Assembly (NCBI GenBank): GCA_013265495.1
Contig: MU058257.1
Location: 279,937 to 315,805, forward strand
Length of the DNA: 35,869 bases
Direction of reading: 5' to 3'
Origin: Vicugna vicugna
Lineage: Eukaryota
The position numbers were made by a program, and so were the translations under genes. The notes below the pieces were generated by a model, which saw only the letters and a list, made by a program, of their open reading frames with translations, made no database searches and was not told the origin of the DNA. This document shows, in pieces, positions 11,301 to 23,338 of the stretch (positions are counted from its first letter, which is position 1; each line of letters opens with the position of its first letter).

Positions 11301-12275
11301 GTAAGTAGATCAACTTAGAATTTTTAACCATACGGTGTAGATACAGGTTTTTTTCTAGTGGTAACTATGATGCAAAATACATGTTACCTGATGAGATGTC
11401 ATTATATAAATCCTCCATTTTCAGAACTTGTTCTAATTAGAACAATCGTGGAAAATTTTGAAGATCCTGACTTTAATTTTCTATGTTTATTTTAAACTTC
11501 AGAAAGGAAAAATGTCAGAAATGCCTGATTTTTTTTTTTAAATTTCAAGCATTGTATCTCATTTAAATTAGCCTGTAGTTTGGGCATACTGATGTATTAG
11601 CTAGCGTCTTTGGTTTACCTTAAATTCCATTTGAAGTGGAAGACATTAATCTCCGTGGAATAGTCTCACAGACCCACAGTTCCAGTCTAGAGGCATGGAC
11701 TGGGTGATCTGAGTTTGTGCTTGTGTTACATACTTATTTAGATTTTCTTACTTTGATTTCTTCTGTGAATGCATGAACCAAACAATTAAAGACATACAAA
11801 TTATTGTTTGTTTCCCATCTGAAAAGCCATACATACTCATTGTAGAACAAATTTTAAAATCAGAGAAAAAGGAATTTTTAAAAACTCACTCATAATTCCA
11901 TCATATAAGGGCAATCACTTTAAAAAATTGTTTTGTTGTGTTTCTTTGCAGGCTTTTTTTCCCCCAAAAAACATAGTGTCTTGGTTTTACATCGTTGTAG
12001 TTATATTATATTACAATAAGCATTGTCCATGCTATTACATGTTCTTTGTGTTTAATGCCTGAGCCATAGCACATTGAGTGGATGTAATAGAGTTAATCAT
12101 TCTTTCATTTTTTTTTTGGTGGCAGTAATTAATGCTTTAGGTTTAAAGCTTTAAAGTTTTTTTTCGGATTACTTATAGTAAAGTCTTAGAAATAGAAAAG
12201 CTGAGTAGAAAAGTACAAATATCTCTCAGGTTCTAGATACATATTGTTAGGTTGTGATTTTTAAATTGGACTTGA

Positions 12276-12458
<183 letters not shown>

Positions 12459-12524
12459 TAACGGGAGTTTGAGTAACTTGTGTGTGTTCAGATGTTTTCC
12501 GGGACCTGGTTTGTCAGGAAGCGG

Positions 12525-12735
12525 TTAGGTACCTGGACTCTGGAGTCAGAGTGCTGGCTTTGACCTTAACCTCAAACTTAACAGTGTCTGTCCTGGGGCA
12601 GCTGACCTTTCTACACCTCTGTCTCCAGGTCTCTAAAATGGAGCTAATAATGGTACGTAGGTCCTAGAGTTGTTTTTAGGACTAAATGGGTCACATAGAA
12701 TATATTTGGACAGGGCCTGGCGCTTGGTAGTGATA
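12525..12735 (+). mobile_element. MIR
   Basis: ggactctggagtcaga...ctctaaaatggagctaataatggtac...gttgtttttaggactaaatg. Confidence 0.7.
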
Positions 12736-13031
12736 TGGAAGTGTCTGTGATTTTATTCAGATGAAATCGAATCAGAGATCTCCCCCTGACCCGCCGTGCT
12801 GAGGCATACTGAGTTCTGGTAGGGAGTTCCGGCCTCGCAGTCCGGAGGCAGGCACCTCTGAGTTGGCCATTTTCCTCCTTCTTTTCACCAGAACTATTCA
12901 GCCTGGGGTTGGAGGCCACCTTCATGCAGAGAAACCACCCCCCAAATCTTCACGTCTTTCCACAGAACAAGGCCAGGCAGGTGCTTGGAGCCAGTGGCAA
13001 AGTCATGTCATTTGCCAATTTAATTTTCTAG

Positions 13032-13200
13032 GCATGAGTTTGAAAGAGTCTGCAGAAATGAGGTGAAACCACCGGGACTGACGGTGATGAGAGACATGAC
13101 CATTGCAAAGTCAGAGTATGTGCCAAGTGAGAGAACGATCACCAAGATCCAAGATTTCCAAGAAGATGAGGAGCTCTTCAGATACTGCACCCTGCCTGAG
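13032..13200 (+). CDS. PHYH: PHYH exon 4 ([56 protein letters not shown])
   Basis: 169 nt, ttctag|G...GAG|gttcca (weak donor). K120 codon at 13144-13146. The 3' end is placed by homology and frame. Confidence 0.92.
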
Positions 13201-13279
13201 GTTCCAGCCCTCCCTGTGTTATCTTTCTCTTTCTGCAGCCTTCTGCTTCTGAAGGCTTCTGTTTTTACTTTCGCCCCTT

Positions 13280-13450
13280 GGGCGGTGGTTCTCAATTAGA
13301 GGTGGACATTTGGCAACGTCTAGAGACGCGTTTGGTTGGGGGGGGTGCTGTGCTGCTGTTGGGGCTCAGGGATGCACAGAATAGCCTCTTTCTCCAAACA
13401 GGGAATTATCCAGCCCAAAATGGCAGTAGTGCCAAGACTGAGAAAACCTG
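13280..13450. mobile_element. MER20-like hAT MITE
   Basis: ggtggttctcaa...ggacatttggcaacgtctagagac...gaattatccagcccaaaatggcagtagtgccaagactgagaaaacctg. Confidence 0.75.
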
Positions 13451-15044
13451 TTCATAATTTTGCTAATTATTTTTGGTTAAGAAGAGCAGGAATTCTGTGG
13501 TAAAGAGAGTCTTTCTCACATTTGACAAAGGCGTGTGGAAATACTGAGGCCATTTATTGCAAATGCATTTTTTTCCTTTTTGTTTCATGAGTCTGGTCAG
13601 TAGAGATGTGAGTTTGTCTTTAAACTTAAATTAGTTTTTTAGAAACTTACTATTCTTTAAGAGCAATTCATATTTGTGAAAGTACCCAAATAGTGCAGAA
13701 GGGCATGAAGTGAAAAGTGAGGTCTCCCACCCCCAGCACCGCTCTGTTCAGCTCTTGTGTGTGTTCATCTGGAATTCTTTCAGGCATAAACAAGCATGTT
13801 TGTGCAGCACCACCTTTGGTATATCACGGGGGCACACCGAGGGGGGCCACCTTGTTTTTCCACTTGTAGTAGATCTGAGACATCTTTCCATGTCAGTACC
13901 TATGGGTCTACTTTATACTTTGTGAACTATTGCATAGCTTTCCGTTACATAAATGTACTACAGTTTATGACCATTTATTTAGAATGATTTTAAAGGACAC
14001 TTTGCATGTAGTATTTATTAGAAATTATAACCCCAGGTGCTATTAGAAAATTTGACTCATGAAGAAAGACTGTACAGGTAAGCCACCTGTGATTTCCAGC
14101 CCCTTGGGTTGGGGACGGCAGGGGAAGTGGCCCCTCGGAACCATCCATTCTTCCCAACCTTAAACCCTGTTATAGAAATGGCCGTTGTGTGGGTGGATCA
14201 AGGCTAAAAAGCTTGAAAATCACATGCAATTTGTGGTAGGTTATGCTTTATCAGGACTTTCGGGTTTCCCACCACCCTAACGTGTGAACCACGTATTTCC
14301 TGGTTCATGCAATGATTTTTAGGACATAGGCATTATTTTAATAGGCAGGTGCTTATTCTAATGTGTACTGGAAAAATGAACCAGCACCTCAAACTGAATA
14401 TTATCAGGATAAGCCTAAGTAAAAGAAGTGAGTTAAGTTAATTTAGGGAAAATACTGGCTAAATATATTGGGAAATTCTGCAGAGCAGGACAGACATGGT
14501 GAGGATGGTTCTTGAATGACAAAAGTTTAGAAAATACTGGCCTAAGTGCATCCCAAAATAAAAAAAAAATGACCAAACTTCTTATTGAAAAAAACAAGTA
14601 TGAGGCCTGACTCCTAGGATTTTGGTAACATTTCAAGTGTTGCACATGTGGATTACCAGTATTATGCACAAGAGATCAAATAGTGAGAAAGAAAGCAGTA
14701 GAATGTGCTTCATTTTTTGGAGTCAGACAGAATTGGAATTTGCAAACCATCTTTTTCATTTAACTGGCTCTGCCCACTTGGGCATCTCATTAGCCTCCAG
14801 CTTGCTTGTATAGGGTGTTCGTGTCAAAGGATTATTCCTGAATGGGGGCATTGACTTTCAGGGATTATTGTGAGGCTTAAATGGGCTGATTAAAGCCCCT
14901 GGCCGGTAGTCGGCATTTGATGGTGGGTCCTTTCTGCTTTTCCCCCCTTCCAGGTGGGCCCGATGCAGGAGATAGCCCTCCCTCACCCGCGCCCACCACA
15001 GTGTATTCCTCGAAGCATGGTCTCCGCCACAGTGGCCCACGTTG

Positions 15045-15185
15045 TTGTGTGTTCAGCGTCTGTCTTCCCACTAGAATATGAACTCCATGAGGGCAGGGAT
15101 CTGCTTGTCTTGTTCACTGTTGTGTCCCCACTTCCTGTCCCTCTGCCTGGTTCATCGACCTCAGGAAATAGTTGCTGATTGAACG
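15045..15185 (+). mobile_element. LINE-2 3' end
   Basis: tctgtcttcccactagaatatgaactccatgagggcagggatctgcttgtcttgttcactgttgtgtcccca...aaatagttgctgattgaa. Confidence 0.7.
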
Positions 15186-15654
15186 GCCGGCTGTGCTGGC
15201 TGTGAAGTGGCCCCCGAGCCCGCTCTTCACTCGGGGCTGCTCGTGGCAGCTGCAAGCCTGTCGGGTCCTTTCAAGGCCCCTTCTTACAAAGAGTCTCTGT
15301 GAAGGAAGAGGGAAGCTGCTTTCTTTCTGGGCACCTGCAGATGACAGCTTTCGTTGAAAGGAGGGTATTCCTGTCCTGTGCCATTGACGCATCACAGAAA
15401 CCCATGTCTTTCTTGGAGAAAAAGCAGTTGCTTTCCCAGCTGGCTTCAAAAAGCCTGTTTAATTCAGAGTGTTGTAACTTTCCAGTGATTTCCAGTTGCT
15501 GACTTTTCTATGGTTTGTTTGCAAGGTTGTGAAATAGCGATTGATTTTTTTTTTTTAAACTCTTGCCATCTGGGTTCTTGCAAGTTGGACTTTGTGCCAC
15601 TTGCCTGTCCTGGGCATCTGATTACTCATGAACTTTTTTCCCCTTCTCCCTTAG

Positions 15655-15816
<162 letters not shown>

Positions 15817-16138
15817 TAACTATAGCAGTGTGAACAACTTCGCATAAATGAATATGTGTACTTTTATTTAAGTAAGTTTTAAAATAGCTTACGTCATAAC
15901 AACATTGAAGTACAATAATGATTTCAGATGGTAACGTAGGGTTATCGCTGGATTTTCAGACAACTGGCTTCTGAAAGATGCAGTTGAATAAACACTGTAC
16001 CACAGGCTTCCGTTACTCAACACCTGTAAGCTGTGTGACCCACTCTCTCCCATGTGTGAGAGCGTGGATTCTGCCTTCCTCATTGGTGGACATTATTATC
16101 ACTAACAAAATTAAAACTGTTTCTATAAATCACATATC

Positions 16139-16297
16139 ATAGTTATTCTTAAAACTTCCCGTGCTTGCTCAAATGTAGCTTCTGAGACCTCCCTCCCAGA
16201 AAGGCTGATTCAGAAAACAGAACTCAGGAATCTGCATTTTATTAGCCACCCCCAGAGATTCTAATGCAGATGGCTCTTGGTCCACACTGAGAAATTC
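16139..16297. mobile_element. MER5-like MITE
   Basis: caggaatctgcattttattagccacccccagagattctaatgcag...cacactgagaaa. Confidence 0.55.
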
Positions 16298-16974
16298 AGC
16301 TGTACCAGCAGTAGTGGTAAATTGGCTATTAGAGATCCTTGGTCCTTACTTTTTCCTGATGGTTGGGAGGGGTTTGTGTGACAGGCCTGTAGCTTAACAT
16401 CACCAAGTCTTTCCCTCCATGGATGTCTTGTGTGGAGAGATCTGGTGGCCCTGGGGAACCACGTTCGGAGGGAAAAACTAGGGAAAAATGTAAATGTGGT
16501 CACAGCATCTCTGGTTCTACATAGTGATTGCACACCAAATGCTTCCAGTGTGGTGGGGAAACCTGAGAGGCCTTTTATTTCGTTAATTAACTAATATATA
16601 TTTTTTTGTATTAGCCACTTTGAAGGCTATTGGAGGACCTCAAATTCGACCACTCTCATTAATTTAATTAAACTTTTAGGGGGAATACCAGAGTTGCAAA
16701 GGAATAAAACACAGTAGAGATGACTTATGTACAGCTTGCTAGAAGACACTGCAAGAAGGACTTGGCTACCAGAAACCCAGAAAGAATTACAGGATCCGGA
16801 GTCACTGTGCTGATTCAGTGCTCCAGTTTGGTGCTTCTGTCAGGGTTGGTTTTCTTTAGCTTTGTGTCATCTGTTTGGCTTTTGCGGGGACAGGCCACCG
16901 TTCTGGCTTTTCAGGCAGAGGGGAGGAACTCTGAGGCTCGAGTTTGCTGACTTTAACGGTGGGCTCCGCTTCAG

Positions 16975-17156
16975 GCAAGAAGACATCCCGGCACCCCTTG
17001 CACCAGGACCTGCACTATTTCCCCTTCCGGCCTAGCAGCAGCATCGTCTGTGCTTGGACGGCCATGGAGCACATTGACCGGAGCAACGGCTGTCTGGTGG
17101 TGCTCCCAGGCACACACAAAGGCACCCTGAAGCCACACGTTTATCCGCAGTGGGAG
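16975..17156 (+). CDS. PHYH: PHYH exon 6 ([60 protein letters not shown])
   Basis: 182 nt, tcag|GC...GAG|gtgagt. Fe-binding H175-Q-D177 at 17001-17009; NGCLxVLPGTH motif. Confidence 0.97.
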
Positions 17157-17479
17157 GTGAGTCTACCTGGCAGCTGCATCTTGATCAGAATCTTTTGTTG
17201 GTTTTGATTTCACATCAGTACATGTAAGGAGCTTTGCCAACAAGACGGCATACCTTTTCTTAGCAAAACATTTTTCTAGGATTTGGGATGAGGGTCAGGG
17301 AAAATTCAAGGATGTCAGATAAAATGATCGTCTGTGTTCTTTTAACAAGTGTTTGAAAGCCAACCAATGAGGCGAACTTTGGTGGTGCTGTGTGGGATCT
17401 GAGATGATAGAACCTCACTGCAGAGATAAGACATAAACATGGCACTACCAGATGTGTGTGCCAAGTAAGTCTTAACACA

Positions 17480-17885
17480 CTGACTGGTAGCTGTTGGAGT
17501 AAGAAAGAGGGTCTCCTTCCAGCTGGAGAGACCAGCAGAGAGAGGCTCTGGGGAGGGCTGAGTAGGATTCCGTTCTGTGGCTGTTCCACGGTTTACAATT
17601 CAGCTGGCGATGCTGAAGGACTGTTAAATGTGTTGGAGCCCATGAGTGATGAGATCAAAGCAGATCTTCGAGAAAGATACCCTTGTGGTCTGGCACAGAA
17701 TATACTGCAGGTGTAGGAGTCCAGAGGCAGAGAAACCAGAGAGGAGGCTCTTGGTGTTTCAGGGGTAAGGAAATAAGGTCTTAAAACCCCATTATGATGA
17801 TCAGAATGAGAAGAGCACCTGTTGTTAAGGCAGGACGAAAGGATGTGGTTCTGTACAAAGTGAAGAATGTGGCTTTGGAACTTCT
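17480..17885 (-). mobile_element. LINE-2 fragment
   Basis: Diverged antisense L2-like sequence (gagtgatgagatcaaagcagatcttcgagaaagatacc...ggaggctcttggtgtttcaggggtaag). Confidence 0.45.
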
Positions 17886-19067
17886 GTGTCAATTAGTTAG
17901 CGTTCTTTTTTTTTATTATGTATATATTTTTAATTGAAGTATAGTCAGTTTACAATATGGTGTCAGAATTCTTGCACTGAGGATTAGTGCTAAATGAAAA
18001 CATTTGAGTCTACATTCTGATATAAAATCTGAAATTCATCAAGTTGAGGTTTAGGGAAGGTTGGTGCAAGTAACAGAAGTGGGCGCTCCCTGACTTAAGC
18101 CGCAGGTGCACGCTGAGTCCGTGGAAAGGCTGGCTGCTCTGGGAGGTAGGAAAGCTGGAGTCCTTGCTGGGTAGGAACAGTTGGCGTGGGGTACCTGGCA
18201 TGGGCAGCTGAACTCTGATATGTCTGGTCTCTTTGATCCTCTGCTCAGATTCAAAGTGGTTGCAGTCGGGGTTCACATTGGCTTATCTTGGTCACATACC
18301 CACCCTGGGCAGGAAAGAAGTTCACTGGATCAAAGTCTCAACACAGAGTAGTAAGGAAGTAGTTATTCCCCAGAAGGAATCTGGATTGGGGATGGTCTTA
18401 GGAAAGGAAATGGGATCCAAAAACCCATAAAGGCTTATACACTTTAAGTCACTTCTCATTTTAGTTTCTCCCATAAAGACATAACCATTACATAAAGCAA
18501 AAACTAACTTTGGAAATAGTTATAAACAAACACAGTGTTTTACTTTACTGTCCTTCTTTCTTTACTCTGGACATGAGTAGTTTATGAGCTTAGGAAAGTT
18601 GAGTATTTTCTTAGGAAAGTTGAGTAGTTTGGGAGAGTAGTTTCTCAGAGATATCCTGAGCAATAGAGAATGACTGATGCAAAGTTCCAGGTGAAGAGAA
18701 TAGCATGCTGGGAAAGAACGGTCATGGATTGGTCTGGAAAGGTGGTCTCCTGTGTTACCGCAAAATGCAAAGCTGATCTTGAGCTTCATTTATTTTCATA
18801 CCTTCAGTGATGAAGGGTAGGTGGAAATTCCAAAATTTTCATTTGGTCTAAAAAAAAAAAAGTCCATGATTTGAATGTCAACAGGGAGCCTTCTAAAACC
18901 AGTCATCTGAGAAGCTTTTGTATACTTAAGTTGTTTTCTTTTTCAACCTAACTTATTTCTTTCTCTTGGAAGAACTTAGAGAGACTTTGTTTTTCCTGAT
19001 GAGTCATTGATCAGGTTTTAACCGTTGGCTTCCTCACATACAGACCTGGCTCTTCTTCTGTATTTAG

Positions 19068-19217
19068 GGAGGAGTGAACATCATGTTCCATGGGATCCAC
19101 GACTATGACAAAGACAATGCCCGGGTGCACCTCATAATGGAGAAGGGAGACACCGTTTTCTTTCATCCTTTGCTCATCCATGGATCCGGTCGCAACAAAA
19201 GTCAAGGATTCCGGAAG
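19068..19217 (+). CDS. PHYH: PHYH exon 7 ([50 protein letters not shown])
   Basis: 150 nt, tttag|GGA...AAG|gtacat. H264 at 19179-19181 and R275 at 19212-19214. Confidence 0.97.
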
Positions 19218-19744
19218 GTACATGTTAACATTACTGCCTTCTTTCCGAAGATGAATGTGTTACAAACAGAAATGTCAAAATATATTAAAACCTAAAAGAT
19301 ATGTGACTTTTAACTGATCTGGCCTTTAGTCCAGTATGGCAACCAGGAGATAGATTTGTCTCCCTCATGCTGCTTCGCTCACATCAGAAAGAAGCCAGGT
19401 GGCCTCAGGCTTCCAGCCCTACTGATACTGAACCATGAAGGGTCACAGAATTGCTTCAGAGCAAGAGCTTCCTTGGCAGCTGAGAGCCTGTGGCTCTCAG
19501 AGGCTTCAGAGGCTTCAACAATGGCAGACATACTTACATAATCAGATCTGGCATGTGTATACTAGGAGAGCAGGGAAGGCTGTAATATGATTGCTGTTGG
19601 GAACAGTATTATTGATAGAAAACAAAGATCAGACTTGGTCACCCAGAAATCAGGTTTAGCAGGCAGCCGTGTTAGCTGAGTACCCTTAGCTGCGGAGTGT
19701 TTTCAACTTAATTTCATTGCTTACATGAAAAACTGACAAAATTT

Positions 19745-20345
19745 CTCATAAATTCCCAGATTTCTTGCTTCGCTAAAATCAAGCAGATCTGTCAGTGGCG
19801 TGGGCTCCCATTTCCCCCTGATAACATGGCTGTTGGTACTGAATCCTGGGGGCCTCTTTGGGACCGAGTGAAGCTTTCCAGTTTGTCACAACTCGTTGTG
19901 TCCCCCTGAGGCCCAGGGTTAGTTGCCAGATTTCGTCTTCCATTCGTTCATTTTTCCACCAGGCTCAGAGGAACGGGATGAGGGTGTGGTGAGAAGGCAC
20001 CAAAAAACTCAGCAATCCAGTTAACTAATATTTTAATGCAGTATTTAAAAAAAAAATTAAAATTAATGCCCCCAAATCCATGGTGATCACCATGCCAACA
20101 TTTTAAATAAAGACACGATCAGACTCCACTAGTGTAACCCTCTGAACCATGTGTATGGGGGAGTTCCGGTGCAATGCTGGAAATAATGTCTGAGTTTAAT
20201 ATACTGAATTTGTAATTTCTCGATATTTTTAAACCGCTTTAATGTTTGGGAAAATATTACTCATTAAAATACATAAAAACAGGTAGGTAGGAGCGCACAT
20301 CTTGTCCTTTTGACTCAGGCTCCGATATGGCTTGGAACGTCACTG
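19745..20345. mobile_element. Adjacent ancient hAT-type DNA transposon remnants (MER102-like about 19745-19940; MER96B-like about 19960-20345)
   Basis: Resemblance to recalled consensus segments (agatctgtcagtggcgtgggctcccatttcc; gcaccaaaaaactcagcaatc...tattttaatgcagtattt; tcaggctccgatatggcttggaacgtcactg). Family names are tentative. Confidence 0.45.
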
Positions 20346-21086
20346 GCGCTTCCATGGGACATGGAGTTTTTGACTCAACTGCCTAGAAATCTGATGTTTC
20401 GGGCAGAGTAGGAAGCTCTTCTGATGAGTGTGACCCCTCTAAGATGACTAACAGGTCTAGGGAGGTACGCTTTAACCACTGACTTGCAGCTGAGGCGGGT
20501 TTACAGAACGAGGCAAAACCAAGTAACTCCCATCTTACCTTCAGAAGGAAGTAAGTTAGGTGTCGTTTTTAACGCTGTCGGACTTTAAATGTCCTTTTGA
20601 TTCGAGAGGGAGGTGTGTGTTTTATTTTCCTTTACACGGTATTTTCAGTTTCCCTTCCACCCCATAGTCTGTGGCCACTGAAATACCAACTCATTAGAGA
20701 CTCGACAGAGTAACTTCTGTAACTGGGGGTATGAAAATCCCTGGGATACATTCCTCTCTAGGATTAGAAAAATCAAATGCTAACAAGTTAAAGACTCCTT
20801 ACTGATGGAAGTATGTTCCCTGCCCCCATATATACCTTTGGAAAACAAATAACACAGCTAGATAAAAACTTGTAATTTCCCAATTAGCCTTTAGCTGGGG
20901 GGGAAAAAAAAGCAATTCAGCCATCAAGAAATGGATTTAGGCCATATGGGGACAGCATTCAATCTAGAAATCAAATCCTCAGTGAAAGAACTGACTTTCT
21001 CAAAGAAGAATCCTTGCTTGGTTGCTGGTGTTAATGGGATGTTTTATTTTGTTTTTCCTGACATGAATTGGGTTCACTTTGCACAG

Positions 21087-21224
21087 GCAATTTCCTGCCA
21101 CTTCGCAGGTGCTAACTGCCACTATATCGATGTGAAGGGCACCAGTCAAGAAAATATTGAAAAGGAAGTTTTAGAGGTAGGCAGGAAACACTATGGAGTG
21201 GACGATGCCAGCCTGAGCCTGAAG
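21087..21224 (+). CDS. PHYH: PHYH exon 8 ([46 protein letters not shown])
   Basis: 138 nt, cacag|GCA...AAG|gtatgt. AISCHFA and [18 protein letters not shown] are conserved. Confidence 0.94.
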
Positions 21225-21255
21225 GTATGTTTGTATGAAATGACAAAGATCTTGG

Positions 21256-21369
21256 GGGTGGGGTGGGGGGCAGTGTAGCTCAGTGGTAGAGCGTGTGCTT
21301 AGCATGCACAGGGTCCTGTGTTCAGTTTCCGGTACCTCCATTAAGAAATAATAATAATAAAAATTTTAA
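21256..21369 (+). mobile_element. tRNA-Ala-derived SINE (Vic-1-like) in intron 8
   Basis: gtgtagctcagtggtagagcgtgtgcttagcatgcacagggtcc followed by an (AAT)n tail. TSD aaagat(c/t)ttgg at 21245-21255 and 21370-21380. Confidence 0.8.
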
Positions 21370-22754
21370 AAAGATTTTGGTGTTTGCTTTTCTTCAGATG
21401 CTTAGTAACTCTCCTATGATGCCACATGGGGGGAGATCTCACACCAGAAAGCAGTTCTCCAGCAGGTGATCGTGTGGGTCGGTTTGCAGGCGGAGTTCAG
21501 TGAGAGCCCGTGTGTGGCAGGGATGGCAGGTCCCTGGCGCTTCTCCGCAGCCGGCCTGAGACAGCATGTCTCGTGCTCTCTTAGCTGAGACGCATCCCCT
21601 GGAGATTTATTTTTAACTGGTGGACATTCCATGCTGCTGCTGATCAAGTTATCAGCCAAGGCAAATAGACAAACATTATTTGCGTTGTAGAGAGAACTTA
21701 ACCTCTGAACCAAGAAGCTGATCCTACTTTTAAAATCTGCATTAGATGATCATAAATGCATGCGTCTCCTATGGGGGTGACATGACCCCCAGACAGACGG
21801 AGTGTAGTGATAACTGGGCCTTCTGGTACTTCGAAGAGCCCCACACACCAGTGGCAGGCTGCTGTCTTCTGAAGCAACTTTGCAGCTCAAGAATCTTCCT
21901 CCGCCCTCAACCCCTTTTCTTGCTAGAATCTATGAATGTATCCCGTATCTGAAGATGCTCTGACTTCACGTCTGCACATCCTACAAAGTCTTATCCTTCT
22001 CAGTTTGTCCAGTACTTAAACGCCTTACAAAGGCAATATACTCTGCCAACTGGAACTTCCATCCAACACTCTGAATTTTAAAGCAGGAAAAAAAAGTGTG
22101 TATTATGTTTGAGGTGTGTTGAGTTTGTGCTAAATGAATCAGTCCCTGTATTTTCTGTCCTTCTGCTTCATTGGCTTTACTTGGAAGAACAACACTGACT
22201 TCTGCTACACACAGTTCTTTGTCTGGGACACAAACACGTTCATATCCCTTTTCTCCTTTTCTTTATCAAAACCGAGTGGAGCAATCATTATAGCTTCATG
22301 CTCTTAGTGAGAAAATAGAAAGGTTGAGAAGTTGGTGTCGTAACGTAAGTGACAGATTTTACAGTCAGCTCCAATCCCAAAATCATTCTTCCCGCCGTAG
22401 CTTGCTTTCGCGCCAAAAGAAACAAGAAACTATGAATTGTTTTATTAGGAACAAAGAAGAAGGGGTGAGGGGAAGCAAACACCCCAGCAGCCCGTCATTG
22501 CCATGATGATGATCTCATCAGGAGTGGATGCCTCTGCACAGGGCAGGCGGACATCACAGAGGGAAGCAGGAGCTGGGAAGTAAACTGTACTGTGACCAGA
22601 CCTAGCAGCCAGTTCCCACACCTGTAACCAATAAGGGGCCAAGTGCGACAGGGCTGGGGACTCACTGTCTTGGCTTACTAAACATGACTGTAGACGTTGG
22701 TCAGGAAATGAACTGGAGTCTCAGAATGCGGTTTATTTACTAAGGACTATTGTG

Positions 22755-22962
22755 GTTTCTTTCTTTTTGCTTTGCTTGCTTGCTTTCCTTCTTTCCTTTT
22801 CTTTCTCTGTTTCTTCCTTCCTTCCTCTTCCTTCCTTCCTTCCTTTCTTTTTCTTCCTTCTCCCTTCTTTCCTTCCCTCCCTCCCTCTCTCTCTTCCTGT
22901 CCTTTCTCTCTCTCTCTTGCTTTCTATTTCTCCTTTTCTTCCTTCCTTCCTTTCTCCTATTT
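22755..22962. repeat. CT-rich low-complexity tract
   Basis: About 200 nt, almost purely pyrimidine on the + strand. Confidence 0.9.
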
Positions 22963-23041
22963 AACTATTTGTAGATGCTAGAAAAGTCTACTTTGGCCTG
23001 TAGTGAATAGGTATATTCATCGTGTTTGGCATTATTTCCAG

Positions 23042-23095
23042 GATTTCTGGATGCTGCGAGCACGCCTTGTGAAGGGACAACGAGTCAACCTTTGA
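23042..23095 (+). CDS. PHYH: PHYH exon 9 coding part (DFWMLRARLVKGQRVNL*)
   Basis: ttccag|GAT, stop TGA at 23093-23095. Resembles recalled human DIWMFRARLVKGERTNL. Confidence 0.94.
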   Translation, partial: DFWMLRARLVKGQRVNL

Positions 23096-23332
23096 AAAAG
23101 CCTTTGCGTGAGCTCTTAAAGAAAACCAAGATGGAACAAGGTGTCCAAGGAAGATGTTTTCTCAACGAGATAATGTAATCTTTGTCCACTTACTAACAAA
23201 ATCAAAGTGCATGGATCAGGGTACTTAATTGCAAACGGGCAATTTTGCAGTATGGTGGTGGAGTGGCTTTGATGGATGTAAAAACAGTAAAAATGAAATA
23301 TTACTGTTTTAGGAAAACTTGGGGTTGCAGCT

Positions 23333-23338
23333 AATAAA
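23333..23338 (+). terminator. Likely PHYH polyadenylation signal AATAAA (3' UTR about 23096-23360)
   Basis: First AATAAA after the stop codon, followed by GT/T-rich sequence (gtgattgatgtatgattggcgtgtt). Confidence 0.65.

Noticed and set aside
16947..16974. CTTTAAC before exon 6 as a second U12 branch point
   Set aside because: The intron 5 donor is GTAAAG (U2 type), and a U2 branch CTGAC sits at 16947-16951.
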